DNA of 58,964 bases from Candidatus Methylomirabilales bacterium (GTDB lineage: Bacteria; Methylomirabilota; Methylomirabilia; Methylomirabilales; CSP1-5): the NCBI GenBank assembly GCA_046758505.1, contig JBHIAH010000010.1, positions 1 to 58,964 of the forward strand, in the 5' to 3' direction. Made by a program: the position numbers and the translations under genes. This document shows positions 20,006 to 31,100 of this stretch, piece by piece; the first letter of the stretch is position 1, and every line of letters starts with the position of its first letter. Under the pieces are notes generated by a model, which was not told the DNA's origin, did not search any database, and saw only the letters and a program-made list of their open reading frames with translations.

Positions 20006-20380
20006 TCAGTGGGCGCTGTGATGTCGCTCGCCCGTGTGCATCGGCGCCTCGTGCGGCTTCTCGAGGCCTCTATAAGCCGCCAGGGCGGCAACCACCACGC
20101 CGACGATAACGTCATTCAGGGTTGCGGCGGCGATCCCGCTGTACGCCAATAGGAATGGGGCAAAAAGCGCCCAGAGCCCGAGGATGGCGACGGTCCAGCT
20201 TACACCTGCCATTCCTGCAGTCTCTGGCCCTACGGCCCGCCAGAAGGCGAAGGCTGCGATGAGGAGGCCGACGATCACATCCTCCCACAGGGCAGTCCGG
20301 TTCCCGGCATAATCCAACGTAAACGGGGCCACTGCGAGCCAGAGCCCCAGTACGCAGTTTGTCCAACTGATCCACTTCAT
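20006..20380 (-). CDS. SPW-repeat membrane protein
   Basis: Two LGLW-x-x-x-APF-x-L-x-Y repeats. Confidence 0.8.
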   Translation of the reverse strand: MKWISWTNCVLGLWLAVAPFTLDYAGNRTALWEDVIVGLLIAAFAFWRAVGPETAGMAGVSWTVAILGLWALFAPFLLAYSGIAAATLNDVIVGVVVAALAAYRGLEKPHEAPMHTGERHHSAH

Positions 20381-20400
20381 CGGTCGTCACCTCCTTTCGC

Positions 20401-20811
20401 CTACGCGGGCGGTCTGCCCGCCTCGGCAGGGGCATTGCTGCCGACTCCGGTTCCAGCCGGCTTGTCACCCACGATTTCCGACAGAAACCGGGGAGTGCCC
20501 CCCATTTGGGTCGCGCAGTGCGCGAGCCCGCAACTCTGTCCGGCGAGAGGCAAGGTAGAGTGCCCAGAACATCGGCCCCTCCGAATCGTCGTCAGCCCTG
20601 GCACGTCGGCTCCATCCAGAGCGCACGCAGACGAGGACGTCGTCTTGTCGGACCCATGCGTGCCAGCGACACACCGGGCGCGTGAAAGGGGGTGAAGTTC
20701 TACCCACCCGTCCTGCACGTCCGAGGCCTCCTTCAGCATCCATTCGATCTTGGGCCTGTGCGCGGCGTACGTCATTCCCCTGGGCTGAAGCGTGATTGTT
20801 TGCGTTTCCAT
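20401..20811 (-). pseudogene. Degenerate HMA-domain remnant
   Basis: METQTITLQPRGMTYAAH...IE (GMTCxxC with both Cys lost), then non-homologous sequence. Confidence 0.5.
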
Positions 20812-20828
20812 CGCTAAGCACCCGGGGT

Positions 20829-21083
20829 TCATGCCTTTGCTCTCACCCGGTTATAGACCGGCACGAAAATGAGGGCGACATAGAAGCCCATCACGAAGCT
20901 TTCCGCCAGGCCCAAGACGAACTGGGCCGGATCGATCCATCGAAAACCTGGGAGAAGGACCTCCCAGATCCTCTGGGTCCCGAGCGAAGGCCAGAGCAGC
21001 CACAGGCCTACATCCAGCAGAAATGAGACCCCGAGAAAAATTCCCACCGAGAAACCGACGGTCATGACGCGCAATCTTCCCAT
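20829..21083 (-). CDS. DUF5676-like small membrane protein (paralog of 14432-14689)
   Basis: WEVLLPGF...LGLAES...LIFVPVYN. Confidence 0.75.
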   Translation of the reverse strand: MGRLRVMTVGFSVGIFLGVSFLLDVGLWLLWPSLGTQRIWEVLLPGFRWIDPAQFVLGLAESFVMGFYVALIFVPVYNRVRAKA

Positions 21084-21093
21084 CCCGTGATCC

Positions 21094-22191
21094 TCACGCC
21101 ATCACTGGCACAGACAAACGGTGCTGAGCTTCTGCCGTCATCTTTGGTTGTACGGGCGTCAGCCGCGCTGGATCGGCGAAGGCGACGTACCCTTTCAGGA
21201 TGTACGATCGCAACGGCTCTCGGCATGCCAGAGCGACAAGCCTGTTGATTAGCCCGACCGGACCCCGCATCAGAAGCCCTTGGAGGAGGCCAAGGAATCG
21301 GTAGAGCCCCCGATGATGGAGGACGAACGCTCGATACTCATTGAGCCCCTGCCGCAGGGGGACCCGCCCCTCCAGGACCCGCTGGAGGATCCGCCCACAG
21401 GCCTGGCCAAAGTAGATGGCCGGACGAATCCCCTCTCCGGTCAGAGGCAGGCACTGCCCCGCCGCGTCCCCGACCACGAAGAGGTTCCCGAGCGTGGGCT
21501 CTCGGAATGACCAGGGAAAGTAGCCTCCATGAATTTTTGCTTTGGCGAGCCCTAAAGAATCCAGGAAGATATCGAGGTGCGGCCGAAGGTGGCCGTTCCC
21601 CGCATAGCTCGCCACGCCGATCCTCGATGCCTGCCCGATGGGAAAGAACCAGGCGACTCCTTCGGGGACAAGGTTCGGGTCGTACCAGAAGGAGAGGCTC
21701 TCCCCCTTGCGTGGGGCAACGGTCTCGATGCCGTAACTCATCCTGTCGCGTGGGGCGTATCCCGGGCAGATCGAATTCGCGAGCACTGCCCGCCAGCCGG
21801 AGGCATCCACGAGGATTGCTCCTCGAAATCGCCCCTGATCCGTAATCACCTCACTCCCCTCAACTCCCTTCACGGCGGCACGCACAATCTGGGCGTCGGT
21901 TCCACCGGCCATCCCTTCGCAGAAGGACCGATAGTCGAAGGTACAGAAATGGTGTTCCTGCACATCGTACCGTTCCGTGCGCGCCGGGGTATGAAACGCC
22001 AAAAAGGGGTGGACTTGAAGTACGCTGTCCATCAGGCCGAGGCGCTCTGGGACCCCGAAGAGCGTCCCGCAGGCCGAGGTCTGTCCGACACCAATGGGCT
22101 TTGGGTCGATCAGCAGAACCTTCCCCCTGAGCTGGCTGGCGACTGCGAGCCCCGCAAAACTGTGTCCTGCAATGATGACGTCGTATGTCAC
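21094..22191 (-). CDS. NAD(P)/FAD-dependent oxidoreductase (GGR/lycopene-cyclase-like)
   Basis: DVIIAGHSFAG, VDASG, WFFP, VGDAAG...TGEGI. Confidence 0.85.
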   Translation of the reverse strand: MTYDVIIAGHSFAGLAVASQLRGKVLLIDPKPIGVGQTSACGTLFGVPERLGLMDSVLQVHPFLAFHTPARTERYDVQEHHFCTFDYRSFCEGMAGGTDAQIVRAAVKGVEGSEVITDQGRFRGAILVDASGWRAVLANSICPGYAPRDRMSYGIETVAPRKGESLSFWYDPNLVPEGVAWFFPIGQASRIGVASYAGNGHLRPHLDIFLDSLGLAKAKIHGGYFPWSFREPTLGNLFVVGDAAGQCLPLTGEGIRPAIYFGQACGRILQRVLEGRVPLRQGLNEYRAFVLHHRGLYRFLGLLQGLLMRGPVGLINRLVALACREPLRSYILKGYVAFADPARLTPVQPKMTAEAQHRLSVPVMA

Positions 22192-22277
22192 GACATGCTC
22201 CCTTTTTTACCTGCGCCGCGCCTCGGCATGATATACGAAACAGAATTATTCATTTCCGAAGTAATGAGCCAAAAAAA

Positions 22278-22718
22278 TCATTCACCCAACCCTGCAACCG
22301 TCTTCCCGAGGAGGTCGAGCAGGGTGTCCTGCTCGTTCGGCTCCAGCGAGTCCATCATGGCGATGATCAGTCCCATCTCGGCCTCCAGGCAATCCTGGTA
22401 CACGTGCTCTCCCCTTTTCGTGAGGGCGACGAAAACGGATCGGCGGTCCTCATTATTCCGGAATCGCTTGACGTAGCCCTTTGTGACGAGACGGTCTACG
22501 ATCCCGGTCATGCTGCTCAAGGGGAACCCGCACTCCTTGGCGAGCTCGGTCATCATGCATCGTCCTCTTCGACCCAGGGCCTCACAGGTGAAAATCTCAT
22601 TGTTCGCCAACTCGGCGGCGACCCCCTTCGCCGCCGGCCTCAGGTAGAGCCGCTTGGCTAGGGCCCGGATGTAAGTATCGAGCAGCATCAGCTTGCCAGG
22701 AGCAGTTCGTTGCACCAT
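22278..22718 (-). CDS. MarR-family transcriptional regulator
   Basis: MTELA...SSMTGIVDRLVTKGYV...EDRRS...LT-x-x-G. Confidence 0.92.
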   Translation of the reverse strand: MVQRTAPGKLMLLDTYIRALAKRLYLRPAAKGVAAELANNEIFTCEALGRRGRCMMTELAKECGFPLSSMTGIVDRLVTKGYVKRFRNNEDRRSVFVALTKRGEHVYQDCLEAEMGLIIAMMDSLEPNEQDTLLDLLGKTVAGLGE

Positions 22719-22737
22719 ATGCTTCACCTAGGAATAT

Positions 22738-22781
22738 TTCGTATCCGAACTAAATATAGCGACACCCTCTGCTGCTGTCAA
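22738..22781 (-). promoter_or_regulatory. sigma70 promoter and probable MarR operator
   Basis: TTGACA (22781-22776), 17 bp, TATATT (22758-22753); palindrome TTCG-N4-CGAA at 22738-22749 with a near copy at 22249-22260. Confidence 0.7.
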
Positions 22782-22807
22782 GTCTTTTTTACGGAGGCCT
22801 CAGGATT

Positions 22808-22960
22808 CTACGCTTCTTCCTCTACGTACTTGTCTGGGGCCTTCTCGAAGGCGTTCTTACAGGCTTGCGCACAAAAGTAATAGGTTGTCCCCTGGTAAGT
22901 TGACGTGGCAGCCGCCTTCGTCGCCTCGACCTCCATGCCGCACACTGGATCCTTCGCCAT
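22808..22960 (-). CDS. YHS-domain protein (50 aa; below the ORF-track cutoff)
   Basis: MAKDPVCGMEV...YYFCAQACKNAFEKAPDKY; GAGGAGG RBS. Confidence 0.92.
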   Translation of the reverse strand: MAKDPVCGMEVEATKAAATSTYQGTTYYFCAQACKNAFEKAPDKYVEEEA

Positions 22961-23028
22961 GCTGTTTACCTCCTCGCTAAACTGTGCCAGAGGGCATCGT
23001 CATCTGCAAGACCCTGGGAGGTTTTTGG

Positions 23029-23691
23029 TCACGGGATGCTTTGAAGCTCGTCCTCGATGACGGTCCGGAATGTCGCGATTGGATGGGCCCCCACGACTTT
23101 CCGCCCATTGATGAAGAAGGTGGGAGTCCCATTGACACCTAAGAGTATACCAATTCCCGTTTCCCCTTCCACCTTTTCCGCATACTTCCCCGTGTCGAGA
23201 CACTGATCGAAAATTGCGCCGTCGAGGCCGAGATCGCGGGCGTACTGTTTGAGTCGATCATCTGCCAGGGAGAGGAAGCCTTTCGACGCAAAGAGCGTAT
23301 CGTGGTACGTCCAGAAGTTCCCCTGCTCCCGGGCGCACTCCGACGCCTGGGCCGCTTGTACCGATTGTGGGCCGAGGATCGCCAGGTGGCGGTAGACGAA
23401 CCGCACCTTGCCTGGCATGATGTACTCTTCGTCAAGGCGGGGGAGGGTCTGTTTCCAGAACCGCCAGCAGAAGGTGCACTGGAAGTCGGAGAATTCGATG
23501 ATGGTGACGGGGGCCTTCTCGGACCCCCTGGCGGGTCCCCTGGCCATCACAGCCAGGATCTCCGCGGCGCGCGGCGCCTGGGTGAAGCCGGTAGAGCTTG
23601 AGGCCAGCACCACCCCCAGAATCCCAAACAACACAAGGCGTCGGGATTTCCGACTCCCGTGCCTGGGCCGGGGATCTCCTTGGTTGCCCAT
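23029..23691 (-). CDS. DsbA-family protein
   Basis: EFSDFQCTFC, GVNGTPTFFING. Confidence 0.9.
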   Translation of the reverse strand: MGNQGDPRPRHGSRKSRRLVLFGILGVVLASSSTGFTQAPRAAEILAVMARGPARGSEKAPVTIIEFSDFQCTFCWRFWKQTLPRLDEEYIMPGKVRFVYRHLAILGPQSVQAAQASECAREQGNFWTYHDTLFASKGFLSLADDRLKQYARDLGLDGAIFDQCLDTGKYAEKVEGETGIGILLGVNGTPTFFINGRKVVGAHPIATFRTVIEDELQSIP

Positions 23692-23792
23692 ATCTGTTCC
23701 CCCGAGGAAAACGTTCGCGGAGCTCAATGGCTTCCGAATTCAGGACGCGTCGCCGGAGCCGCCCTTCATGTCCGATTGGCCTCGGTTGAAGC

Positions 23793-24536
23793 TCACAGCC
23801 GTTTCCACAGCCAGGCGGGCGTAAGGGTGATGAAGTAGCTATTCAGGATTGTCAAATATCCGGTGAAAAGGAGGATCCCGATCAGGACGAGGAAGAGGCC
23901 GCTGGAGATCTCCACCAGCCGCATATACGGGTGGAACCGCTGAAAAAACCGGCTGAAGCGGTCCACGGCCAGAGCGCTCAAGAAGAAGGGGACTCCCAGG
24001 CCGAGCGAATACACGGCCAAGAGGGTCACCCCCTTCCCTCCTGTCGCGGAGGATCCCGCCAGCGTCAGGATGGACCCCAGGATCGGCCCGATACAGGGAG
24101 TCCACCCGGCCCCGAAGGCCACCCCGACCAGGACCGACCCCAGATATCCCGCGGGGCGATTTTCAAATTGTAGCCGATGCTCGCGCATCAGAAACGGCAG
24201 CTTCAAGATTCCGGTGATATGCAATCCGAAAACGATGATGACGATTCCCCCGATCTTCCGGACGAGGGCGATCGAGCCGAGGAGGAGCTGTCCCAGCAGG
24301 GTGAAGGAGGCGCCCAGGGCGATGAAGACCACGGAAAAGCCCAGGATGAAAAGCGCGGCGTTGAGGAGGATGGCGCTTCGGACCACGGCTGTCCGGCCCG
24401 CTTTCATGTCCCCAAGGGACATGCCGGCCACGAAAGAAAGGTAGGACGGGACGAGAGGCAGCACGCACGGAGAGAGAAACGAAAAGAGCCCCGCTGTCAA
24501 GGCCACCACCGAGGTCACATCCACGGCTTGCGCCAT
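23793..24536 (-). CDS. ccdA: Cytochrome c biogenesis/disulfide transporter CcdA
   Basis: SFLSPCVLPLVP and GWTPCIGPILG. Confidence 0.93.
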   Translation of the reverse strand: MAQAVDVTSVVALTAGLFSFLSPCVLPLVPSYLSFVAGMSLGDMKAGRTAVVRSAILLNAALFILGFSVVFIALGASFTLLGQLLLGSIALVRKIGGIVIIVFGLHITGILKLPFLMREHRLQFENRPAGYLGSVLVGVAFGAGWTPCIGPILGSILTLAGSSATGGKGVTLLAVYSLGLGVPFFLSALAVDRFSRFFQRFHPYMRLVEISSGLFLVLIGILLFTGYLTILNSYFITLTPAWLWKRL

Positions 24537-24712
24537 CCTGCCTCTCCTTGGTCTGTGCTCAATACCCGCATTTTACCCTGTTTCGGTAGAAGCCCACAGG
24601 AAGAACCGCCCCTCTGCATTTCGGGCCGCGTCCCCCCACGGCTCGCTGGCTGAGGCTGCTTCCGGCCACGATGGGTGCGTCGAGTCCGTGGGTCACTGTG
24701 CGCGTCCCGACC

Positions 24713-25249
24713 TCATCGTAACAGGTCCTCGAGCATTTTGGTTGACTCGCCGTCGGTCCAGTCACGATAGCCGAGTTCTCGAAAGCGGATCACGCCATCT
24801 TTGTCCACGAGAAAACTTGCGGGGATGGCGAAGATCCGGAACTGGCCGAGGGTTTTCATGTCCGGATCCAGAAGGGCGGGGAAGGTAAGTTTGAACTGCT
24901 CCATGAAGTTTTTCACTATGCTTTTGGGGCCGGCATCAATGCTGACAGCCAGGATCTCGAACCCATCGCGATTATAGGCCTGGTAGGCCCGTTCCATCGT
25001 GGACATCTCCAGTCGGCACGGAGGGCACCAGGTGGCCCAGAAGTTGATGAAGACCGCCTTCTTGCCGCGGAAGTTTGAAAGCCGAACTGGTGTGCCCCGC
25101 AGATTTGGCAGCGTGAAATCCGGTGCTCGGTGTCCCACCGCCGGCCTTGGGTCTTGAGCCCCGGCCTCTGGTCCTGCGGCAGCCAAGAATAAGGAACTGC
25201 CGACCAGGACGGCCCCGAGTAAATACCACCGCGAATATCGATTCTGCAT
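24713..25249 (-). CDS. TlpA/ResA-family thiol-disulfide oxidoreductase
   Basis: INFWATWCPPC; close paralog of 5354-5896. Confidence 0.92.
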   Translation of the reverse strand: MQNRYSRWYLLGAVLVGSSLFLAAAGPEAGAQDPRPAVGHRAPDFTLPNLRGTPVRLSNFRGKKAVFINFWATWCPPCRLEMSTMERAYQAYNRDGFEILAVSIDAGPKSIVKNFMEQFKLTFPALLDPDMKTLGQFRIFAIPASFLVDKDGVIRFRELGYRDWTDGESTKMLEDLLR

Positions 25250-25270
25250 TCTTTCCCCCTCCCGATCCCT

Positions 25271-25837
25271 CTATGCCTTCAGGATACTCTCCGGGTACTG
25301 CTCATCCGGGTCCACCCCCGGCTGCATGACATACACGATTGACTTATCCACTAGCAGGTCACCCTCCGGGCTCAGGATCATCTGCACGCGGTCCATGGGC
25401 CGGGGCGCCGGCCCTTCAAAGTTGAATCCATCCATGTAATAGCCGCTGCCATGGCAGGGGCACTTGTACTTGCGGTCTGCCGGGATCCAGTTCGGGGTGC
25501 ACCCCAGGTGGGTACAGATCGCCAGCATGGTAAAAAAGCTCCCATCCTCGTACCGGACAATCCAGACTCGATGGGATTTCTTGTGGCGGGTGTCGACCGT
25601 CCCTGGTTGATACGTATCTGGCCGACCGGCATTGAATCGGGGGCTCGGCTCGAACAGGACCCGGGGAAACATGAAGCGAATAAAGGCGATCGAAACTGTG
25701 GATAGGAAGGCCAACACCCCGCCCCAGGCCGTCAGGGATAAAAAGTCCCGCCGGGACCAGGTGGTGGCCTCAGAGATCTCCGCATCCGGTTGGGTGGAAA
25801 TCCTCTCTTTCACCGGATCCTTTACCATGGTCGACAT
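25271..25837 (-). CDS. Tat-exported Rieske [2Fe-2S] protein
   Basis: SRRDFL, CTHLGC, CPCHGS; close paralog of 9819-10385. Confidence 0.93.
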   Translation of the reverse strand: MSTMVKDPVKERISTQPDAEISEATTWSRRDFLSLTAWGGVLAFLSTVSIAFIRFMFPRVLFEPSPRFNAGRPDTYQPGTVDTRHKKSHRVWIVRYEDGSFFTMLAICTHLGCTPNWIPADRKYKCPCHGSGYYMDGFNFEGPAPRPMDRVQMILSPEGDLLVDKSIVYVMQPGVDPDEQYPESILKA

Positions 25838-25955
25838 GCGTACGTCTCCTTTACGCCTCGCAGGGACAAATGGGGGAGCTTCTTGCCGATAGTTTTATGA
25901 AGAAGAGGGTGGCCCCTTGAACCCGATTTTGGAAATAGGTTCCCCGTCAGGTGCC

Positions 25956-26333
25956 TTACGGTTTCGCCACCGCCTCAACGACCTCCACCTTGTAGTCTTT
26001 CACCTTTTGAATGTCCGGGCCGACGATGTCCAGAAACTCGACGTCAAAGGCGGCCACGTCGCCCGGCTTGAGTTCGCGGCTGAAGACCCTGCCAAAGGCG
26101 GTGGAGAGGAGCCGATTATCCCTCTCGAAGGCCGCTCCTTTGATCCGGACGCGGGCAAGGATGACGGTTGACTGGTTTTCTGCCGTTCCCGGGATGTGGA
26201 AGTGTTGCTGGGCGCACATGAAAGGGGACTGGATCGTGAGTTTGACCTTGCCCCGGTAATCCTGGCCCGCCTCGGCTCGAAGACTCCCGAGCACCGTGAC
26301 GGCAAGGGCTAAGAACACGAGTCGTTTTACCAT
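25956..26333 (-). CDS. Secreted FxLYD-like beta-sandwich protein
   Basis: Signal peptide, GTAEN...LKPGD...F pattern; GGAGGAGG RBS. Confidence 0.55.
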   Translation of the reverse strand: MVKRLVFLALAVTVLGSLRAEAGQDYRGKVKLTIQSPFMCAQQHFHIPGTAENQSTVILARVRIKGAAFERDNRLLSTAFGRVFSRELKPGDVAAFDVEFLDIVGPDIQKVKDYKVEVVEAVAKP

Positions 26334-26419
26334 AATGTTTCCTCCTCCTGACGGTGTGGGTAAGCCCTCATTTCCGGGGCAGGGGGCTGGCCTCCTTGCG
26401 TACGATCTTGCCCTCCCCG

Positions 26420-26811
26420 TTATGTCTTATGTCCCGGGCTTAGTGACTCCAAAGCCTCCACGAGATTAAGAGGGGTGGTCATGCGGGCCTCTGGGTTCAT
26501 GATCGACTCGGCGAAGTATTCCGACGGATGCATGGGCCCCATCTGTCTCAGCTCGGGGCCCACGGCTTCCCCGCCGGGGTCCAAGAAGTCCTCTCCAATC
26601 ACCTCGTGACAGGAATAGCACTCAAACTTGGCGAACCCCCCCTGCCTTTCGAGGGATCTCCCTGAGGGAGGGTAAAACGCCACCCTCTGGGATAATGCAT
26701 CTCGCTTTTCGCGCGTCGGCCTTGTTCTCCTCCAGCTCTTGCCGGTCCCTGCCAGAGAGTCAACATGAGGAGAAAGACCAGACCCGGGCATACTTGCTCT
26801 CTTTGTTGCAA
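26420..26811 (-). pseudogene. Frameshifted c-type cytochrome
   Basis: Signal peptide + WRFTLPQGDPSKGR in one frame, FAKFECYSCH...GPEL in another; the junction is a G7 run (26636-26642). Confidence 0.75.
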
Positions 26812-26859
26812 ACCACAGCTCTCCTGTCCTCGTATTTTCGCGGGTACCTCCCTGCCCTA

Positions 26860-28131
26860 TTATAGCCAGCCGGTGTCAAAGTCGAGCCGCACGAAATAAC
26901 GCACGCTGTTGCCGAAGGAAAGGGCGAACTCGCTGTTTCCAGGGAAGTTCAGTTCGACCCCGTACACTGCTCGGCGAAAGAATTTGCTCTGGATCTTATT
27001 TACAGCCATCAGACGGACGATGCCTCCTTCGTGCCCGATCGGCGACCGGTTGATGTTGAGGTTGATAAAGGCAAAGCGGTCGATGTGATAGAAACCGCCT
27101 CCGATCAGGACCCGGTCGATTCCCAGGAGGTCCTGCAGCGGCCCGGCCGGGCTGGGAACCATGAGGCTGCCGAAGCCCGAGACCGCGAAATTGTCCTGCG
27201 AAGTGGCGAGGTTCGCAGCGGTCTCGAGGGTGAGCTTCAGTCGCACACCTGCTCCAAGCTTTACGCTTCCGGCGAGGTTGTTCCGGAGGACCTGAAAGTC
27301 TTCCTGCGCCGCGGTGAAGGCGAAGGGGAGGGCGTAGCGGCCGCGGGCCACGTCCCGGGAGATCCGCTCCGGCGCCTGCCAGGCCTCGTAGCTACCCGAG
27401 TAACGGATGGTGAGAGGGCCCACAGGGGCCGATCGCGCCACCCACTCCAGGCGGTACAGGTCCGTGAGGTCGAGGGTGCCGCGCTCGGTGATGTCCGGGT
27501 CCAAGGCGGCAGAGTTGGCCGAAGCCCCGAGGGAGACATCCCGTAGCACGGGCCCGTCAAAAGGCAGGCGGACGGTGCCCCCGGCCTGGTAGAGGCGGAC
27601 ATCCTCGTCGTATTCCAGGAATTCGCCGTTACTGACGTGAAACGCGGGGGGGAGGAACCCGTATCGAAGGCCGAGCGAGGGGCCGCCCAGGCTGGCCTTG
27701 AAAAGATCCGACACCACCACACCGGCGGTCTTCAGGGCGTAGCCGCGCGGGGCCCCTTTGCCGGACAGCTCACTCCAGGACAGGACCGGAGACCCGTCGC
27801 TCGTCTCCCCCTCCAGCACCAAGGTGAGGACCCCCTGGTCTGCCAGGGAGGAGCCATCAACGCCCCGCAGGCGCGCCTCGCCCCGGATGCGGTTTCGCCA
27901 CTCCAAGGCGTCCGCGCGGACCGGCTCCACCGATCCCCGTTCGTTTCGACCCCGGAGAAAGAGGTCCCCCGAGAATCGCCCTTCGAGCCGGAAAGGGGCA
28001 AGCCTGAGAGACTCCGACGTGATGGCCGGCTCACGAACCTTGGCGCTGAGGGAGAAGGGGTACAGGCTGAGCAGGATGACCGCGCCCACGAGAATCGGTA
28101 GTCTCCTTCTTCCCGATGATATCATCGGCAC
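26860..28131 (-). CDS. Secreted/outer-membrane beta-barrel-like hypothetical protein
   Basis: Signal peptide, alternating beta-strand pattern, directly downstream of the RND gene. Confidence 0.6.
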   Translation of the reverse strand: MPMISSGRRRLPILVGAVILLSLYPFSLSAKVREPAITSESLRLAPFRLEGRFSGDLFLRGRNERGSVEPVRADALEWRNRIRGEARLRGVDGSSLADQGVLTLVLEGETSDGSPVLSWSELSGKGAPRGYALKTAGVVVSDLFKASLGGPSLGLRYGFLPPAFHVSNGEFLEYDEDVRLYQAGGTVRLPFDGPVLRDVSLGASANSAALDPDITERGTLDLTDLYRLEWVARSAPVGPLTIRYSGSYEAWQAPERISRDVARGRYALPFAFTAAQEDFQVLRNNLAGSVKLGAGVRLKLTLETAANLATSQDNFAVSGFGSLMVPSPAGPLQDLLGIDRVLIGGGFYHIDRFAFINLNINRSPIGHEGGIVRLMAVNKIQSKFFRRAVYGVELNFPGNSEFALSFGNSVRYFVRLDFDTGWL

Positions 28132-28140
28132 TCGTCCTCC

Positions 28141-31100
28141 TTACCGTGGTCCGGTGGCCGGGGCATCCGTGGCCGACTCTGTCGAACCCCCGTGGGCCCC
28201 GCCGCGAACCGGCGTGGGTGCCAGCTCCAGGAATTCCCCCCGTTCCACGATCAGCTGGTGTTGCCAGGCCTCTTCGGGGTCCCAGCCCCACTTCAGGTAG
28301 AGGGTGGGAACCACGAGCATGTTGAGGAATGTCGAGGTGGCCAGGCCGCCGAGGATGACGTACGCCATGGGTCGCTCCAGCTCCTTGCCGGCGATGTCGC
28401 CGAAGAGGAGGGGGAGAAGGCCGAGCCCGGCCGCGGCAGCCGTCATCAGGATGGGGGCCAACCGCTCCATCGAGCCCTCGACGACTGTTGCCTCTCGGTC
28501 AAGTCCCTCGGCCCGGAGCTGGCGGTAGCGGCTCACCAGGAGGATCCCGTTCCGGGCAGCGATGCCGAAGACCCCGATGAGACCGATGATCGAGGGAATG
28601 CTCATGATTCTGTCCGTGAGGAAGATGGCTACTACCCCCCCGATGAGGGCAAGGGGGAGGTTGGCCATGACCAGCAACGCCGCCCTGGAAGAATTGAAGG
28701 TCTTGTAGAGGAGCAAAAAGATGGCCACAAGGGCCACCGCGCCGTAGTTCAGCAAGATCCGGGTGGCCTGCTGCTGGCTCTTGAACTGCCCGCCGTACTC
28801 GATAAAGTAACCAGGCGGCAGATCGACCCCCTCTTGGATCTTCTGCTGCGCCTCGGCAATGACGCTTCCCAGATCCCGCCCGGCCACGTTGGACTGGACG
28901 ACGATCCGTCGCTGGACCCGTTCCCGGTTGATGAAATACGGCCGGTTCTCGATGGCCACCTCGGCGACCTGGCTGAGCGGGACCCTTCGTCCCCCTGGCG
29001 CGTCAACCAGGACGTTCCGCATGGCCCGGACATCGCGCCGCGACGGCTCGTCGAACCAGAGGAAGAGGTCAAAGCTCTTCTGTCCCTCAATCACCCGGGA
29101 GATGATTTCGCCGTTGAACGCGATCTGTGCCGTCTCGAGAACATCTCCAGCATTGAGTCCTAAACGAGCGGCCCGGTCGCGCTTCACCTTGATTCGGACT
29201 TCCGGGACCCGGATCTGCTGCTCGAGCTGCAAGTCGGTGGTTCCTTTGATCCCGGCGAGGACAGCCTCCACTTGCTGCCCTTTCTCCAGCAGGCGGTCCA
29301 AGTCAGGGCCATAGATCTTGATCGCGATCTGCGCTCGGACTCCAGAGAGGACCTCATCAAGGCGGTGAGCGATGAACTGACCGAGGTTCACCGCCACCCC
29401 GGGAATCTTCTCTAGATCTTCTCGAATGAGGTGAATCAGCTCCTCCGGGTCTCGCTCGCCATAGTGGAGGAGAATGTCAAACTCGATGAAGTTGGGGGGC
29501 ATCGCATCCTCGTCCATCTCGGCCCGCCCGGCCCGCTGGGAGATCGAGGCCACCTCCGGGTATTTCCGAAGCATGGTGGTGATCCGATCGCCCAGACGCA
29601 TCGACTCCCGGAGCGACGTCCCGGGAAGGCTCGTCACCGCCAGGATGAAGTTCCCCTCGTGAAACTCCGGGAGAAAAGAGCGGCCGAGAAAGGGGATCAG
29701 GGCCACGCTGATCCCCAGTAAGACGATCGAAATGACGACCACGACGCGCGGATGCTGGAGCGCCGGCCGCAGGAGACGCTCGTATCCAGCCTTGAGGAGG
29801 CGGATGGTGGCACTCTCCCGCTCCGGCTCGGGGTGGCTTGCGCCTCTGGACTTCGTGAGAAGGAAAGCACACAGGACGGGGGTCAAGGTCACCGCAACAG
29901 CAAGGGAGGTGAGGAGGGAAGCAGCAAAGGCCAGCCCAAGGGGGGTGAGAATTCGCCCCTCCACCCCGCTCAGCAGAAAGATAGGACCAAAGACCACCAG
30001 GATGATCCAGGTGGCGTAAACCACCGAGTCCTTGATCTCGTGGGAGGCCAGGAAGATCACCTTGAGGGGATGGTCCGGTCTTGCCTTCGCCCGGTTTTCC
30101 ATGAGGCGGCGAAAGATGACCTCGACGTAAATGATAGCATTATCCACCACCACACCGATGGCGATCGCAAGCCCCCCTAATGTCATGGCATTGATCCCCA
30201 CACCGAAAGCCTTGAGGATCAGGATGCCTAGTAGGAGAGACAGGGGCATAGCGGTCAGCGTGATGACGGAGGCCCGGACGTTGAAGAGGAAGAAAACCAC
30301 CACGATGGTGACGACGACCGCGCCTTCGATGAGGGCCCGACGGAGGTTCTGGATCGATGACTCGATGAAGTTGGCCTGGCGGAAGACCTGGGCGTGCATC
30401 GCGATTCCCTGGGGGAGGGTCTGCCGGATGTCCTCGAGGGCGCGCTCCACCTCTTGGGTGACGGTCAGGGTGTCGGCCCCAAACAGCTTGGAGATGGTGC
30501 CGATGACCGCCGGTTTACCCATATAGGCCGCATCACCCCGGGGGAACTCCGGGCCGGACTTCACGTTCGCCACGCGGTCCAGGGTGATCGGAATACCGCC
30601 GTGCTCGGCCACGACCGTCTTTTTCAGTTCCTCGAGGGAGGCGATCCGTCCGGCGCCGGTGACCACATACTCCTCTCCCGGGACCACGAGGAAGCCCCCG
30701 GGAACATTTACATTGGCTTGCTTCACCGCCTCCACGACATCATGGACGGTGACGTTGTACCGCAGAAGCTCCTCAGAGGAGAGGAGGACCTGATACTGCT
30801 TCGGGCCAGGGCCCATGCAGACCACCGACGCGACCCCTCGGATGGCCAGGATCCGATTCCGGATGTCCCAATCGCATAACGTCCGAACGTCGAGCGGAGA
30901 AACAGTCTCACTCTGCAGGGCGAACTTGACCAGCCAGCTCACCGCCGAGGTGATGGGGAGCATGACCGGGGCCTCCGTTCCCGGGGGGAATTGCTCTCGC
31001 ACCTCCTGAAGCCGTTCATTCACGAGCTGCCGGGCCGTGTAAATGTCGGTCCCCAACTCAAAGACGATAATGACGGTAGAGAGTCCAGCCGACGTCTTGG

